The notes beneath the pieces are model-generated. The model worked only from the letters and a program-made list of their open reading frames with translations. It was not told the DNA's origin and did no database searches. A stretch of DNA of 64,000 nucleotides from Mytilus edulis (Eukaryota): positions 44,950,001 through 45,014,000 of the forward strand of contig NC_092352.1 of NCBI RefSeq assembly GCF_963676685.1. The letters are read 5' to 3'. A program made the position numbers and the translations under genes. Shown here one piece after another: positions 51,689-64,000 of this stretch. How positions within the stretch are numbered: position 1 is the stretch's first letter; each line of letters starts with the position of its first letter.

Positions 51689-52960
51689 AATACAAATACA
51701 AATACAAATATTTTAATTGGCACAAACTCATTCACAATAAATGGTTAAAACCTATGGCATTACATACAACTATAATAATTGACATGGTAGAATGAAAGGT
51801 TCCATGATAACATATCATGCTAAATTATGAAAAGTTACAAAATGATGTATTATATAAGTTCACTATTTCTTATATTTAGACATTCTGATATGAAAGAGGA
51901 AGACAGTCTAAGTAATAATGCTGAGCTATTATTGACCAATAGAGATATTTTTTCATCAGCGGTAATGTTACGCTGTATTTGAAATATAACATTTATTTCA
52001 ATTTCTAATATTTCTCGCTTTGAGGTATATCTATTACATTTTAATAAGAAATGTTGTTCATCCTCAATTTCCCCATTTTTACAGACAGGATAGTATCTTT
52101 CCTCTCTAGGAATATTAAGATGTCTTCCTCTTTCAATCATTAAAGGATGTGCACTTATGCGTATTTTGCATATTGCTGCTCTATCATTTAAATTGTTTAG
52201 TGAATCAACATATGATGGTCTTTGACCCATTTTGTAGACTTGACGAAAGAAACTGAGCTTAGAAGACTCCTGTATGTTTGCATTTTGATTTTGCAAGCAC
52301 TGATAATAAATTCTCTGTTTTACTTGTCCCAAGTGCTGCTTTGTTAGACAACTTTTTTTCAACAAGATATGAATATCCTAATTTTTGTAAAATGCACTGA
52401 GTTTTTAGGATCCAGGGGTTTGAAAATTTTGTTGCATAGAAAATTTGATTTACAAGTGTATTTTCTGATGAAAGTATATGCTCTAGAAAATTTATGCTTG
52501 AAAAAACAATTTTATTTTTGAGTGGAATTCTACCAAGCTCAGCACGACAAGCATCATTTGAAGCCTTGCAATGAACACCAAGTGCTTCTTTAATAAATTT
52601 AATGTGTAATATTTCAAAGGGTTCAGAGTCCCTTAATGATGAGTTAACACCCCAAATTTTAGAACAGTACATCAGTATAGGTACAATTTTTCAAGTAGTC
52701 TACATGGATTATTCAGTCCAACAGTTTTCTTAATTTTGAAATAGGCCTTTCTTGCCTTTTCCATAAGAGTATTAATGGCTAAATTGAAATTACCATTACA
52801 TTTTATTACAATACCTTAATAAGAATAATGACTAACAGTTTCAATGCAAGAATCATTGTAAGTAAATTCGTCCAAAAATTTTTTACCATTTGAATTAAAT
52901 ACAATAACTTTGGACTTATTTGTGTTAACTTGTAGTTTCCAACAATCACAAGTCTCTTTC
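51689..52960 (-). mobile_element. 3' portion of a decayed RTE-X-like LINE
   Basis: ORFs 52259-52672 (YCSKIWG...ACRAELGRIPL) and 51850-52365 (KIRISAHPLMIERGRH...EIEDEQHFLLKC zinc-knuckle region); (TATTTG)n tail at 51689-51712. Confidence 0.88.
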
Positions 52961-53924
52961 ATTTTACATTTGAATAGGATAAAGCTTATAACGTACTATA
53001 TGTAGTTGTGCTTAACGTACTAGAATTTCGTTTCTTGAACATATTTACAAATTGTGTAAATTTTATAGATAAAAAGATCGTGTTGATATTATCCGGAAAC
53101 TATAGGAAAGAAAAAATAACAAAACATTGGTATTTTGTACACAACTTTTGGACAACATAGATATAAGCTTCAACTTAATACAAAAAGCATGTTATTCACA
53201 ATAAGTTCGTTGTAAAATATATTTTAAGCCAGTTATCTTTTTGGGTAAAGTATTTCTTTATATATCCGAATGTTAATGACATAAGGCTTTTTTGGTAATG
53301 TTTGCAGTTTTTACATTGACTAAATCTAAATACAAGAAGTTAGAGAACCTGAGGCAAAAATAAAGACAAAAACATGATACAAAATACATTTCGTAATATA
53401 ATGAACATCTGAAATATGTTATTTGGTATATTTAGTATACAATTGATTTTCGAATTTAATGTCCCAAAAGTGGCCTTATCATACCTCCTCCTTTACTATA
53501 CTGTAATTTTCATTCAGTGATTAGAACAGAACAGCACTTCGAAATTATAGCATTGCTTCAAAGTCGGGAGTGGTATTTTTTGTCTTCTGCCGTAATCAGC
53601 CATTTAGTTTTCTGTTTCGAATTACTTCACATTTTGTTTTACCCTTGGCCTTTTTGTAGTGTGCTTCATACGTCGTATAATTCTGTTTCTTCACGCCAGT
53701 TTCATTTTAACTTTTGTTAATAGCTGTCTTATTGGCAATTATACCACATTGCCTCGCTTTCATTTACATATTTAAAAAAATCCAAAAATATCTTTAAAAA
53801 AATCCATTAATTGCTATATTGCATGAAACAACTGTTGCTTAAATGTTTTCAGGCCTCAAATTACAGAAAGTATAAAATGAAAGAAAGATCAGCATTTGGT
53901 AACTATCACAAGGTCCTCTTGGCA

Positions 53925-56366
53925 ATGTTGGAAATGTTGTTTTATATTTTTCTTTTCTTGTTTCACGTTGTGGTACCTTGTCAGATAACCATTACTGGAA
54001 ACAATAACGTGAGTTGTTGCACTGATTTGGAAAAGAAGGTCAGAGAGCTCGAGTCAAAAGTCCAAATCAATGCATTGAAGACAAAGGTTGAAGCACTGGA
54101 AGGGCGTATTGGAATGTTGGAACATGGAAAAAGTGGTACGTGCAAAATTTTATGAACTTTTTAAAAATATTGTTTCACAATCTTGGACATTCTTGTCTTC
54201 TTATTAGATAATTTACTTGCATGCTTTGATTTTGAATTACTTGTACATCATTGGTTTTATAAATGTATATCATCAAAAAGTTGTGGAATTTATCTCGATT
54301 TAAATCATTCATTGATTTTTTTCTTTAGTATATAGAAACAGAATTTATTTAAAAATTAAGGGTGGAGAAAAACCATCGAGAAAAACATGCGTTGCTCAAT
54401 ATAAATAATATCTGTAGATTGATAACTTCATAAACCGAGTTGAACGCTGCGTGGTTTTATGTTACTATGTGTGTTTTTGACTTAGTCTTTTTATGAAAAC
54501 ACTAGTACCATACATCAAAAAGTTAAATATATTTCACATGTACATATATAAGTTTTTCTTGTAAACTTTAGACTGTTACAACAGAGTAAACACTGAACAA
54601 AAATATGTTTGAAAACCATCTTATAAAGGATTAACTTAGAAATTCTTATCACCAAAATGTCATATTTCATTTATTATGCATGATATTGTGACGTGAAAAG
54701 ACATTCGGATTTTACCTTTTTTTTATGAGATATCTTATTTTAGGCGCGCTGTCGCGTATGTCTTATCAGTATTTTAAAAATAAGGGATAAACCATATTTT
54801 TTGTTGCATTTTTTCTATTTTCGTAAACAAATATATGACATAGTATAGTCTGATCACACTTTATCATAGTAATATATTGAACCCAAAAGTGAGCTTTAAA
54901 TTCATACTTATTTTACAGCTTTTCTTTACAGGTCGGTAGTCTGTTTCAGTCTGTTTACATATATATACTGGAATTTGATTGGACAATATATATTAACTTC
55001 ATTTCAAGGTTAAATTCCACATTGTATGGCAATTTTTATTGTACAATTAAATCCCAGTATTTATTAAACAGACTGAAACTCCAACTACCTATTGTTTGCA
55101 AACACTCAAGCACACATGATAAGCAAGTCGATCAAAGTTTTGTTTTGCATGCTTTTATAGAAAAGCTGTAAAAGTCGTATTTTTTTAACCAGGATTGTGT
55201 GGTAAGAAGAATCTAGCATTGCATAAGAAGTGCGGACAAAGTTCATATGGTGAAGGACATCCTTCATGTGGTATTGGTAATAATGGGAATCTCAATACCT
55301 ATATGCACACAATAGTCTACTGGAAGAATGGTGATTGGCACGGCGAAAGTAACCCGTATTGGTGGGTTGATTTGGAAAACAGTTGTCTGATAAAAAAAAT
55401 CAGAATTTACAACAGGAAAGACTGCTGTGGTAAGTTTTTAATTTCAATAATCGTTTTTTTATGTTCATTGTTAAACCACAGTCACATGAATTGCCAGCAA
55501 TAAACATGATAAAGATAGAAAATCTTAGGTGAAAAAAATAACACAATTTGTATTACAGAGAACTGAAAGCTAGTATACTACTGGTAATAGTATAATATAA
55601 CAAACATGCACGTTACAATCTCCCTCTCCCAGCCCCCAAAACACAGACACCATCAATTTTCAATTAAATATTATTATTGCAAGAAATTCAGGTGTATGTG
55701 GTTAAACTCTATAGAAGAAATTAGATAAAGTATTTGTTAGAAATTGGGGTTTTATGACAAACGCGATAACTTTTGTTTTCTTATTGGTATGTTAGCTTTT
55801 TATCTGAACCGACAAATGTTCTGATTTTGTGTCATAGATGGAAAGCATATATCCTTTGTTTTTTTTCTATTAAAAGAACAGTTCATGATAGCACGGATAT
55901 CAATCAAGAACTAGAGCAATATGATATTTCAATGAACACACTTTTCTCGTAAACATATAATACTAAGACTAATTAATGAAATCATTGCCAACTAGAATCA
56001 AGTATAAAAAATGTAATTTTTGTCATTTAATACAGAATCACACAAAGTACAATTTACACATTAAGACGAAATAAATCAATACATATACATGATTTACTTG
56101 TATGTTATTTGCTTGAATATACCTTTGTTACCTTTCGCCTCTCTTTTATAGGCTTTAGACTCCGTAATGTGGAAGTTACCGTTGGAAAGGCTTTATCTAG
56201 TATGAAGTTATGTGGGTTCTATAAAGGTCCAGCTGCAGACGGAGAAATTGTAAACATATATTGCAGAATACAAATGATAGCACGTTACGTCAAAGTGATG
56301 ATAAAAGAGAAGGATACAAAAGACACGTTCATCCATGTTAATGAAATTGAAGTTTACTCTCAGTAA
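53925..56366 (+). CDS. Secreted F-type lectin (fucolectin domain) with N-terminal coiled coil, 3 coding exons, ~220 aa
   Basis: Exons 53925-54135, 55193-55429, 56152-56366, phase-1 GT-AG introns in frame. Signal peptide (MLFYIFLFLFHVVVPC), heptad region, FTLD motifs NLALHKKCGQSS, MHT, NPYWWVDL, IYNRKDCCGFRLRNVEV, C..ARYVKV, EIEVY. The start codon could instead be 53877 or 53934. Confidence 0.9.
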
Positions 56367-56482
56367 ATATAAAAATAAAAAAGATATTGAGTACATGTGT
56401 TTTTTGTTATGAGGACTTTAAATATAAGTATTTTGGTTAAGATTAAACATGGACACAATTTAGGTTTCAGCGTTTGATACGG

Positions 56483-56647
56483 TGCTTTTTGTCCGCTTTT
56501 GCTTTTTGTCCGATTATTTTGCTTTTTGTCCGATACTTTTGCTTTTTGTCCGTTGCTTTTTGTCCGTTTTGCTTTTTGTCCGATAATTTTGCTTTTTGTC
56601 CGACACTTTTGCTTTTTGTCCATTGCTTTTTGTCCGTTTTGCTTTTT
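56483..56647 (+). repeat. Tandem GCTTTTTGTCCG repeat (16-20 bp period, ~9 copies)
   Basis: Directly visible; source of the spurious ORFs 56360-56623 and 56474-56665. Confidence 0.9.
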
Positions 56648-56930
56648 AGCTCACCTGGACCATAGGACTAAGTGAGCTTTTCTCATTTTCTCACTATTCG
56701 TCGTCGTCATTAATTTTTACAAAAATCTTCTCTTCTGAAACTACTGGCAAAATTAAAGCAAACATGGCCAAAATCATCCTTAGGGTATTTAGTTTCAAAA
56801 AAGTATCCGATGACCCCGCCCAATAATTAAGATGGCCGCAATATCTAAAAGAAGAGCATCGCATACAATGTAGATTTTGGCTTATATATCTGAAACAAAA
56901 CCATAGAGATAATCTAACAAGGGATAAGAA
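56645..56930 (+). mobile_element. Truncated HINE-like copy (same family as 32125-33413)
   Basis: AGCTCACCTGGACCATAGGACTAAGTGAGCT hairpin, (GTC)n, AAAATCTTCTC..CTGAAACTACTGG. Confidence 0.8.
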
Positions 56931-57943
56931 CATTTCGCCTCATAAAATAATGTGGACCAGTCAGAACTTTTCATGTGGGACAATATGAGCTCTTAATTAA
57001 AAAAAAAGTGGGACAATCGGGAATAAGCCCTACAGACTTGAGCAATTCTAAAATAAACATTGTTGATGTATCTCTTTTAAATTTTCTATTAAAAAGTGTT
57101 TTACATTTACGAATGCACTATATTGTATCTGTATCTAAAATATTAAACGCATTTATTTTGTGATAGAAATTAAGTAAATGCTTAAGTATCCATTTCATTA
57201 CTTTTCCCCCTCTTTTCGAGTTTGTCAAACAAAAATAAACTACTTTGTTGAAAATGCTGTTGTGTTAACCAAAGTTTCCTTAATCTTATTACTTGAATAA
57301 CCTCGAACTTCCTCGTCATTTGGATATAGTTGCTAAATAATTCCGAAATGTATAGATTAATACAGTTTATCTAAATAAATAGCTACACATGTATTACGTA
57401 AACTTTGTGATAGTGTTCCAAAAATGAAGTTTGTTTGTTTGTTATATTTGTAATATTTGTAATGTTTAAGAAAAATAAAGTTGTTGGAAATATGACGAAA
57501 ATATTACCAGACTTAAAAAAGTTTTTTTTTAACTGAAATGTTGCAAAATATTTTGGAGCGACTGTCAATCGGCCATTCGCATATAAGTGCAAATGGTGAC
57601 TATATATTATTAGCGGGAAGAAGAAACTGTGCGTTTAAGCAATAACATGTCGTAAATGTGTGCACTTCCACATGTAGCAAACGCCGACACCATTTAACAT
57701 AATGATTAAACTATTCAAACGAGAAAACCATTGATTTACAAAACACTATACGACAAACAAATACAGAAACAAACAACAACTATTGAATTACAGATTGAAA
57801 CTCCGTTCCTGACTTATTCGTATGATTATCATATATAATATTTAGCGCGGTTAAACATCAATTTAGAATTTCAATAACGAAACCATCACTCAAGGATTAT
57901 TTGATTTGATAAATTTCTAAACTATTCTAAAGTTTCGAGCATA

Positions 57944-58975
57944 TAAAAAAGAAGATGTGGTATGATTGCCAATGAGACAACTATCCACAAAAGACCAAAA
58001 TGACACAAACATTGACAACTATAGGTCACCGTACGACCTTCAACAACTTGATGAGCAAAGCCCATACCGCATAGTCAGCTATAAAGGCCCCGATAAGACA
58101 ATGTAAAACAATTCAAACGAGAAAACTAACGGCCTTATTTAAGTAAAAAAATGAACGAAAAACAAATATGTAACACATAAACAAACGACAACCACTGAAT
58201 TACAGGCTCCTAACTTGGGACAGGCACAGATTTAAATAATGTGCCGGAGTTAAACATATTAGCGGGATCCCAACCCTCTCCCTAACCTGGGACAGTGGTA
58301 TAACAGTACAACATAAGAACGAACTATAAAAATCAGTTGAAAAAGGCTTAACTCATCAGATAGACACAAATACAAGTGGACGTGGCCGGGTACTTATACA
58401 TCCCGACACAAAAAGTCACAATGAACAGATCTGAGAGTACTCGCAGTTATCTGACAGCTATTTCAAAGCCACTAACAACTAATAAAAACTCATGCCTCTG
58501 AGACTTAACGTTCGTTTAAGTCTTTGAATATCCCATGTATTCTACAAATTGGTGTACGTACACCATTGCTCACACGTTTGAGGATGACAGACTAACTTAC
58601 GACCAGAATGTATAAGAATTAGTCTATATAACAAGATCTAAAATATTTCTAGTGTAAAAGACTTTAACCTCGCCACATTATTTATGTATGTGCCTGTACC
58701 AAGTCAGGAGCCTGTATATTCAGTGGTTGTCGTTTGTTTATGTGTTACATATTTGTTTTTTCATTTATTTTTTTGACATAAATAAGGCCGTTAGTTTTCT
58801 CGTTTGAATTGTTTTACATTGTCTTATCGGGGCCTTTTATAGCTGACTATGCTGTATGGGCTTTCCTCATTGTTGAAAGCCGTACGGTGACCTAATGCTG
58901 TTAATGTCTGTGTCATTTTGGTCTTTTGTGGATAGTTGTCTCATTTGCAATAATACCACATCTTCTTTTTTATAA
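57944..58975. repeat. Foldback of two SINE-like copies (~310-bp arms, 3' ends outward)
   Basis: 57944-58255 is the reverse complement of 58663-58972 at high identity. Confidence 0.85.
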
Positions 58976-59235
58976 GAATGCCAACTCCTCACACGTACAA
59001 TTATTACTTCATTTTCTTTTTTTCACTCATCTAATTATTATGTCTATTTTAATTCAATATTGTATCCATATAAATGTATATGAACGCTTACATATATATA
59101 ATAATTGCGATATCATATATAAGAGAGAGGCAAAGTGTACCAAAGGATAATCACACTGAAAAGGGTTGAAACAAACCAACAAAGCCGCAGCTGAATGAAA
59201 AACAACAAGATACACAACAGTCCACAAAACAAATG

Positions 59236-59660
59236 GTCCGAGAACACAATTAATTCGTAGTGCATTTCTTTTAGAACATAAATGAAAATTAAAAAAATCC
59301 CACCTGCGCTTTCTCAATGAAACTTTTACAGTGTGTTGTACTAATTTTGGGACAAATTATATCAAAATTATAGAAAACTTCATCGCGTCTAACTCAAAAT
59401 ATGGACAATTTTGTGTTTAGGGTGTCTTGAAATCTTTTGACAGCTTCCGAAGTGCTAATTTTTAACCTTTTTCAGCTGGACCAAATCACTACTTTCCTGT
59501 AAAATTGTAATTTCACCCCCCCCCCCCCCTACTTACAATGTGAGGCATTAAACAAGGAGAAATAAATTTGGAAGGGGTATAAAAATTATTGGCAAGTAAC
59601 CCACTGTTATCACTAGGGACTAATAACGAAAATCAAGGGACGACAATTGTGGTCTCGGAC
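59236..59660. mobile_element. MITE
   Basis: TIR GTCCGAGAACACAATT / AATTGTGGTCTCGGAC. Confidence 0.6.
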
Positions 59661-60286
59661 GAAATCATTGAAATTTAAAATCTGAGCAACAAGAACCAAT
59701 GCAACTGTGATGATGTATGGTTAACTGGGAGAGTAAGATAATCCTGCTCCGTCCATTAAGTTTTAAAAAGTCATGTATTAAACTCAAACTCTCGAACACG
59801 TTGTCTTGGAAGATCTTTATTCCAAGGGGGTCCTTAATAGTTGCTTTTTGATAATCCTATAAGGAGTTTATAATTTAACTCCTTGCGAACACTTTCATAA
59901 GGAACGAAAATTCCCATCTGCATCTTTTTGAAAAGATTGCAAATATTGTTTAAATTAAATAGGGTATCCCATTTCAAACCCAGCGTCTCGGAAAATCTCA
60001 TTTTAGGGCACTAGACAATGATTAAATGTAGTAATTCGATAATAATACATGGATTTCTCGCGAAAACATCGTTAAGGCGAAATTTAAAGTTTGTCTTGGC
60101 TGATTGAAGAAATTTCACAATAAAAACTGAAACACAAAAACGCAAAAACGCATAAAGATGTTTATTCAGGACAATAACTTATATAAAACAACAGCAGAAA
60201 TACATATAATGTATCACCAATGGAGGTTGTAAAATACTGTAGGTGATACTTAAACGTAATGTTCTATTTATTTTTTTTGTCGTTAA

Positions 60287-60849
60287 GGGGACTGGAGGGT
60301 ATTAATCCATTATTTTTTAAATATACATGTAGGATTTTGCTTGTTTTTCTATAGATGAACTTTTATCATATACTAAATAGAAAAATCAAATAAAAACATG
60401 GGGTTATCGTTCACTTAAGCTCACGATCTGCCCTCGAAAGAAGCAACCATTTTTGTTAAGGTACTTTTTTTAAGTTGAACTAATAGGAGAAATAGAGAGA
60501 TATATATATCGAAATAAAAAAAGAACTAAATTACAGAAATCGATTTAATTTTACAAATGTTTTGTTTACGTAAAGCATATTTGAAAAATATCTATAGGTC
60601 ACCGATGAGTTGAAAAAGACATTTTAATTCTAATGCCAAAACAAAATGTCATTATTGCACTAAAGGGAGACAATTTGGAGCTTTTACAGTGATATAAACA
60701 TTTGAAAAATAAATCTGAGGCCAAAATCATTCGATTTTTTGGGTTGATTTTTGAGCCAATTCATAAAGTTATAACTGATAGTGTAATAAATAAAATTTGT
60801 AATGAAAACAAAAATGATAAAATTTTTGCTGAAATTACCCTCAAGCCTC
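60287..60849. mobile_element. Kolobok-like MITE (degenerate)
   Basis: TTAA|GGGGACTGGAGGGTA ... TACCCTCAAGCCTCC imperfect TIR. Confidence 0.45.
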
Positions 60850-61120
60850 CGAAAGAGCAAGTATTGCACAAAAAAAAAAAAGGAATCATCCTTTAACGGA
60901 AACAACTCTTGAAATCATCGGCTATTCGTCGATGACTTAAGGCTATTTATTTCTGAAATCTAAATTTTGTTTTGCTGTTCTGAGTGTTCAAGATGTTACA
61001 TGCAGCTAAAATATTGGTAAAACATTTGAAAAAATACTGATCTGTATAAAATTTACACAAAAGTAAACGAATGAAAGCCACTGGAATGCAGTCCAGGACT
61101 CGGATAAATAAGCACATTTA

Positions 61121-62195
61121 AACAAGAGTGCACACACTGAAATGTCTCGCCTACTTTACTCATCATTAATATTATGTTGATAGCCCTAAGTATAAAGATT
61201 TATTACAAACTGCCACATAAACTTAACATTAACCAAGATAGCTAAACAAAGACCAAATGAATTATGAAAATGAGGTAAAGACCAGGCAGACATGAACAGC
61301 TAACAATTCTTCGATACAACAAATATAATTGACCTATTACTTATAGTTTAAGAAAAACAGACCAAAACACAAAAACTTAACACTGTGCAATGAACTGTGA
61401 AATTGAGGTCATGGTCAAATAAAACCTGGGAGACTTATATATAGATCATAAGATATTTTCATGCACCAAATATAGTGACCTTTGGCATATAATATTAGAT
61501 AAAAAGACCAAAACTCAAAAACTGAACTTTGACCACTGAACCATGAAAATGAGGTCAAGGTCAGATGATATCTTCCCGCTAGACATGTACACCTTACAAT
61601 CATTCCATACAACAAATATTGTAGACTCATTGCATAAAGTATGAGAAAAACAGACCAAGACAGAAAAATTTAACTATAACCACTGAACCGTGAAAATGAG
61701 GTCAAGGTCAGATGACACCTGCCAGTTGGACATGTACACCTTACAGTCCTTCCATACACCGAATATACTAGCCCTGTTGCTTATAGTATCTGAGATGTGG
61801 ACTTGACCACCAAAACTTATTCTAACCTTTGTTCACTGATCCACGAAATGAAGTCGAGGTCAAGTGAAAACTGTCTGACGGGCATGAGTACCTTGCAAGG
61901 TACGCACATACCAAATATAGTTATCCTATTACTTATAATAAGAGAGAATTCAACATTACAAAAATTCTGAACTTTTTTTTCAAGTGATCACTGAACCATG
62001 AAAATGAGATCAAGGACATTGGACATGTGACTGACAGAAACTTCGTAACATGAGGCATCTATATACAGAGTATGAAGCATCCAATTCTTCCACCTTCTAA
62101 AATATTAAGCTTTTCAGAAGTTAACTTACGCCGCCGCCGCCGGATCACTATTCATATGTCGAGCTTTCTGCAACAAAAGTTACAGGCTCGACTAA
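61121..62195 (-). mobile_element. HINE-like element with ~147-bp satellite (same family as 30706-31789)
   Basis: Reverse complement of 30706-31789 over its full length, including the terminal hairpins. Confidence 0.85.
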
Positions 62196-63029
62196 AATGA
62201 CAGGTTATATGAACTGAGTGGCAATAAAAGCACAAGTCTAACACTTGCTTTTAAAAAAAATTAAAATCTTTATTTAAAATGGTCCTCTTTAAACAAACAA
62301 AAATTGAATATGAAAATTTACAATTCCAACAATAGATCGATATTAAACAGAAATGTTTCATTATCATTTTTCGGCTACAATTGGTATATGAACCATCCAA
62401 ATGTCAAAATATCAACATAGAGTATTTACAAAGAATGTTTCTGTTATGTTGTGCAACTAAATCTCTACAGCAAATGGTAGTGACAACACTAGATGTTAAT
62501 TAGGATCCAGCGAAAAGCCAGGCTTTTGTCCACGAAGGTAGCAAATTGTCGGTGTGACTATCGCTGACGGCTTTTGGTAACACACGATATGGTTGTTGGT
62601 CATGTTGTTATCACCAAGGGAAGGTAATCGTGCTCTTAATTTCCACACAAACTGATATAGCTCCAAAGGTTTAACAATGAACACCAATGGACACTCATGT
62701 CAATTGGAAGGCCACGCGGAATCAATATCGGAGATGTTAAAGACAAATGCATCGGTCATGCTGGGCTTTTGTTGCTTAATGTCTAAATGGACATGGCCTA
62801 TAATTAAAAGATCCTTTTGAGGAATTTGTGGATTATTTGGTCAACTGTATACAGTCTACGAGCAATTGCATCCTGGGAAAAGCCTCATTAGATAAACCCC
62901 AATTTGTTTGTAATTGGTTGTCAGAAAGACCTGGCATATAGTCTTATATTTATTGAACTTACTTACTTACAATAAGGGATAAGCCAGCGAGTAAGTCAGC
63001 AAAGGGTTAGGGAAGTACCTTGGTATATA

Positions 63030-64000
63030 AAAAAGTCGAAATAAACAATTGCCGGCTGGCCAAGAGATTCTCCACGTGGGGTATGATGCCAGAGGTAGAA
63101 GTAGGCATTGCCTTAAAAAAGGCACAGATCACTTAGGCCCAAGACCCGTACGAGTTTGACAACAATGAATTAAAAGGGTAAGGTGGTACCTCTGTTTGCA
63201 ACGAAGTCGAAATACACTTTAATAATTGCCGGCTGGCCAAACTAAAAGATTCTCCACGTAGGCCATCTTACCAGAGATAGAGGAGGGCATTGCCATACAA
63301 ATTTCTTATAGCACTTATGCCCTAGACCCGTACGAGTTTGACAATAATGAATCAAAAGGGGGAGATGGTACCTCTGTTTACAACAAAGTCGAAATAAAGT
63401 ATTGCCGACTGGCCAAACTACGAGGTTCTCCACATAGGCCATTTTACCAGAGATAGATATGGTAATTGCCTTTAAAATGGCATATAACACTAATTCCAAA
63501 GACCTGTACGATTTTGCCTGCAAGGGGTTAAAAATAAAAGGTGTTACCTTTGTTTACAACTAAGTCGAAATAAACCTCTACCTCTGGTATAATGATCCAC
63601 GTAGAGAATCCCGGAGTTTGGCCTACCGGCTACAGTTATTTTGACTTTAATGTGAACAGAGGTACCACCTCCTCATTTTAGCTCTTTACTGACAAACTCG
63701 TACGGGTATATGCCATATAAGTGCTATAGGCTATTTTAAAGGCAATGACCACCTATACCTCTGGTAGCATGGCCCATGTGGTGAATCTCGTAGTTTGAAC
63801 AGCCGGCAATATTTCATAACGACTTTGCGATATACTAGAATACCCTCCTTTCCTTTTGCTGGCATAAGTGCTATAAACCATTTTAAAGGCAAGGCCCACC
63901 TCTACCTCTGGTATCATGATAAACGTGGATCATCTTTTATTTTTGGCCATCCGGCAATAGTTTATTTCGACTTTGTTATATACCAGGGTACCCTCCTTAC
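63030..64000. repeat. ~176-bp satellite with an orientation switch at ~63575
   Basis: GTCGAAATA at 63035, 63206, 63388, 63564; reverse-complement monomers (ACCTCTGGT at ~63580, 63757, 63904) run to the window end. Confidence 0.85.

Noticed and set aside
56360-56665. Repetitive Lys/Gln-rich and Phe/Cys-rich ORFs
   Set aside because: Translations of the GCTTTTTGTCCG tandem repeat.
58340-58365. Minus-strand CTGATGAG in the SINE-like repeat as a hammerhead
   Set aside because: No stem II-GAAA follows.
62300-62372. SECIS candidate (ATGA...AA...GA, minus strand)
   Set aside because: Helix II does not pair convincingly by eye.
63242-63523. 93-aa minus ORF
   Set aside because: Lies wholly within the satellite array.

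Overview
AT-rich, intron-rich animal genomic DNA. The repeat content looks like a bivalve mollusc, most like Mytilus; this is recognition from memory, not a search. I reconstructed four spliced protein-coding genes by hand, all with GT-AG introns and consistent phases. They are ATG12 (+, 4 exons, 131 aa), CFAP52/WDR16 (-, 12 exons, 677 aa, convergent with ATG12, with an RFX X-box-like promoter), a JMJD6-like JmjC dioxygenase with an N-terminal NLS and TPR motif (-, 8 coding exons, 504 aa), and a secreted coiled-coil plus F-type lectin (+, 3 exons, about 220 aa) with an atypical binding site. The rest is dense, often nested, mobile DNA: decayed CR1-group and RTE-X-like LINEs, Helentron-associated (HINE-like) elements with internal satellites, MITEs of several TSD classes, SINE-like repeats forming foldbacks, two degenerate hammerhead-ribozyme (retrozyme-like) relics and several tandem arrays. 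I saw no prokaryotic features, CRISPR array, rRNA or tRNA. The best leads are the TPR-JmjC enzyme, the remodelled F-type lectin, an inactivated sense-strand hammerhead in the JmjC gene, and three unrelated MITEs that share G-rich/CCCTC termini and 6-bp TSDs.
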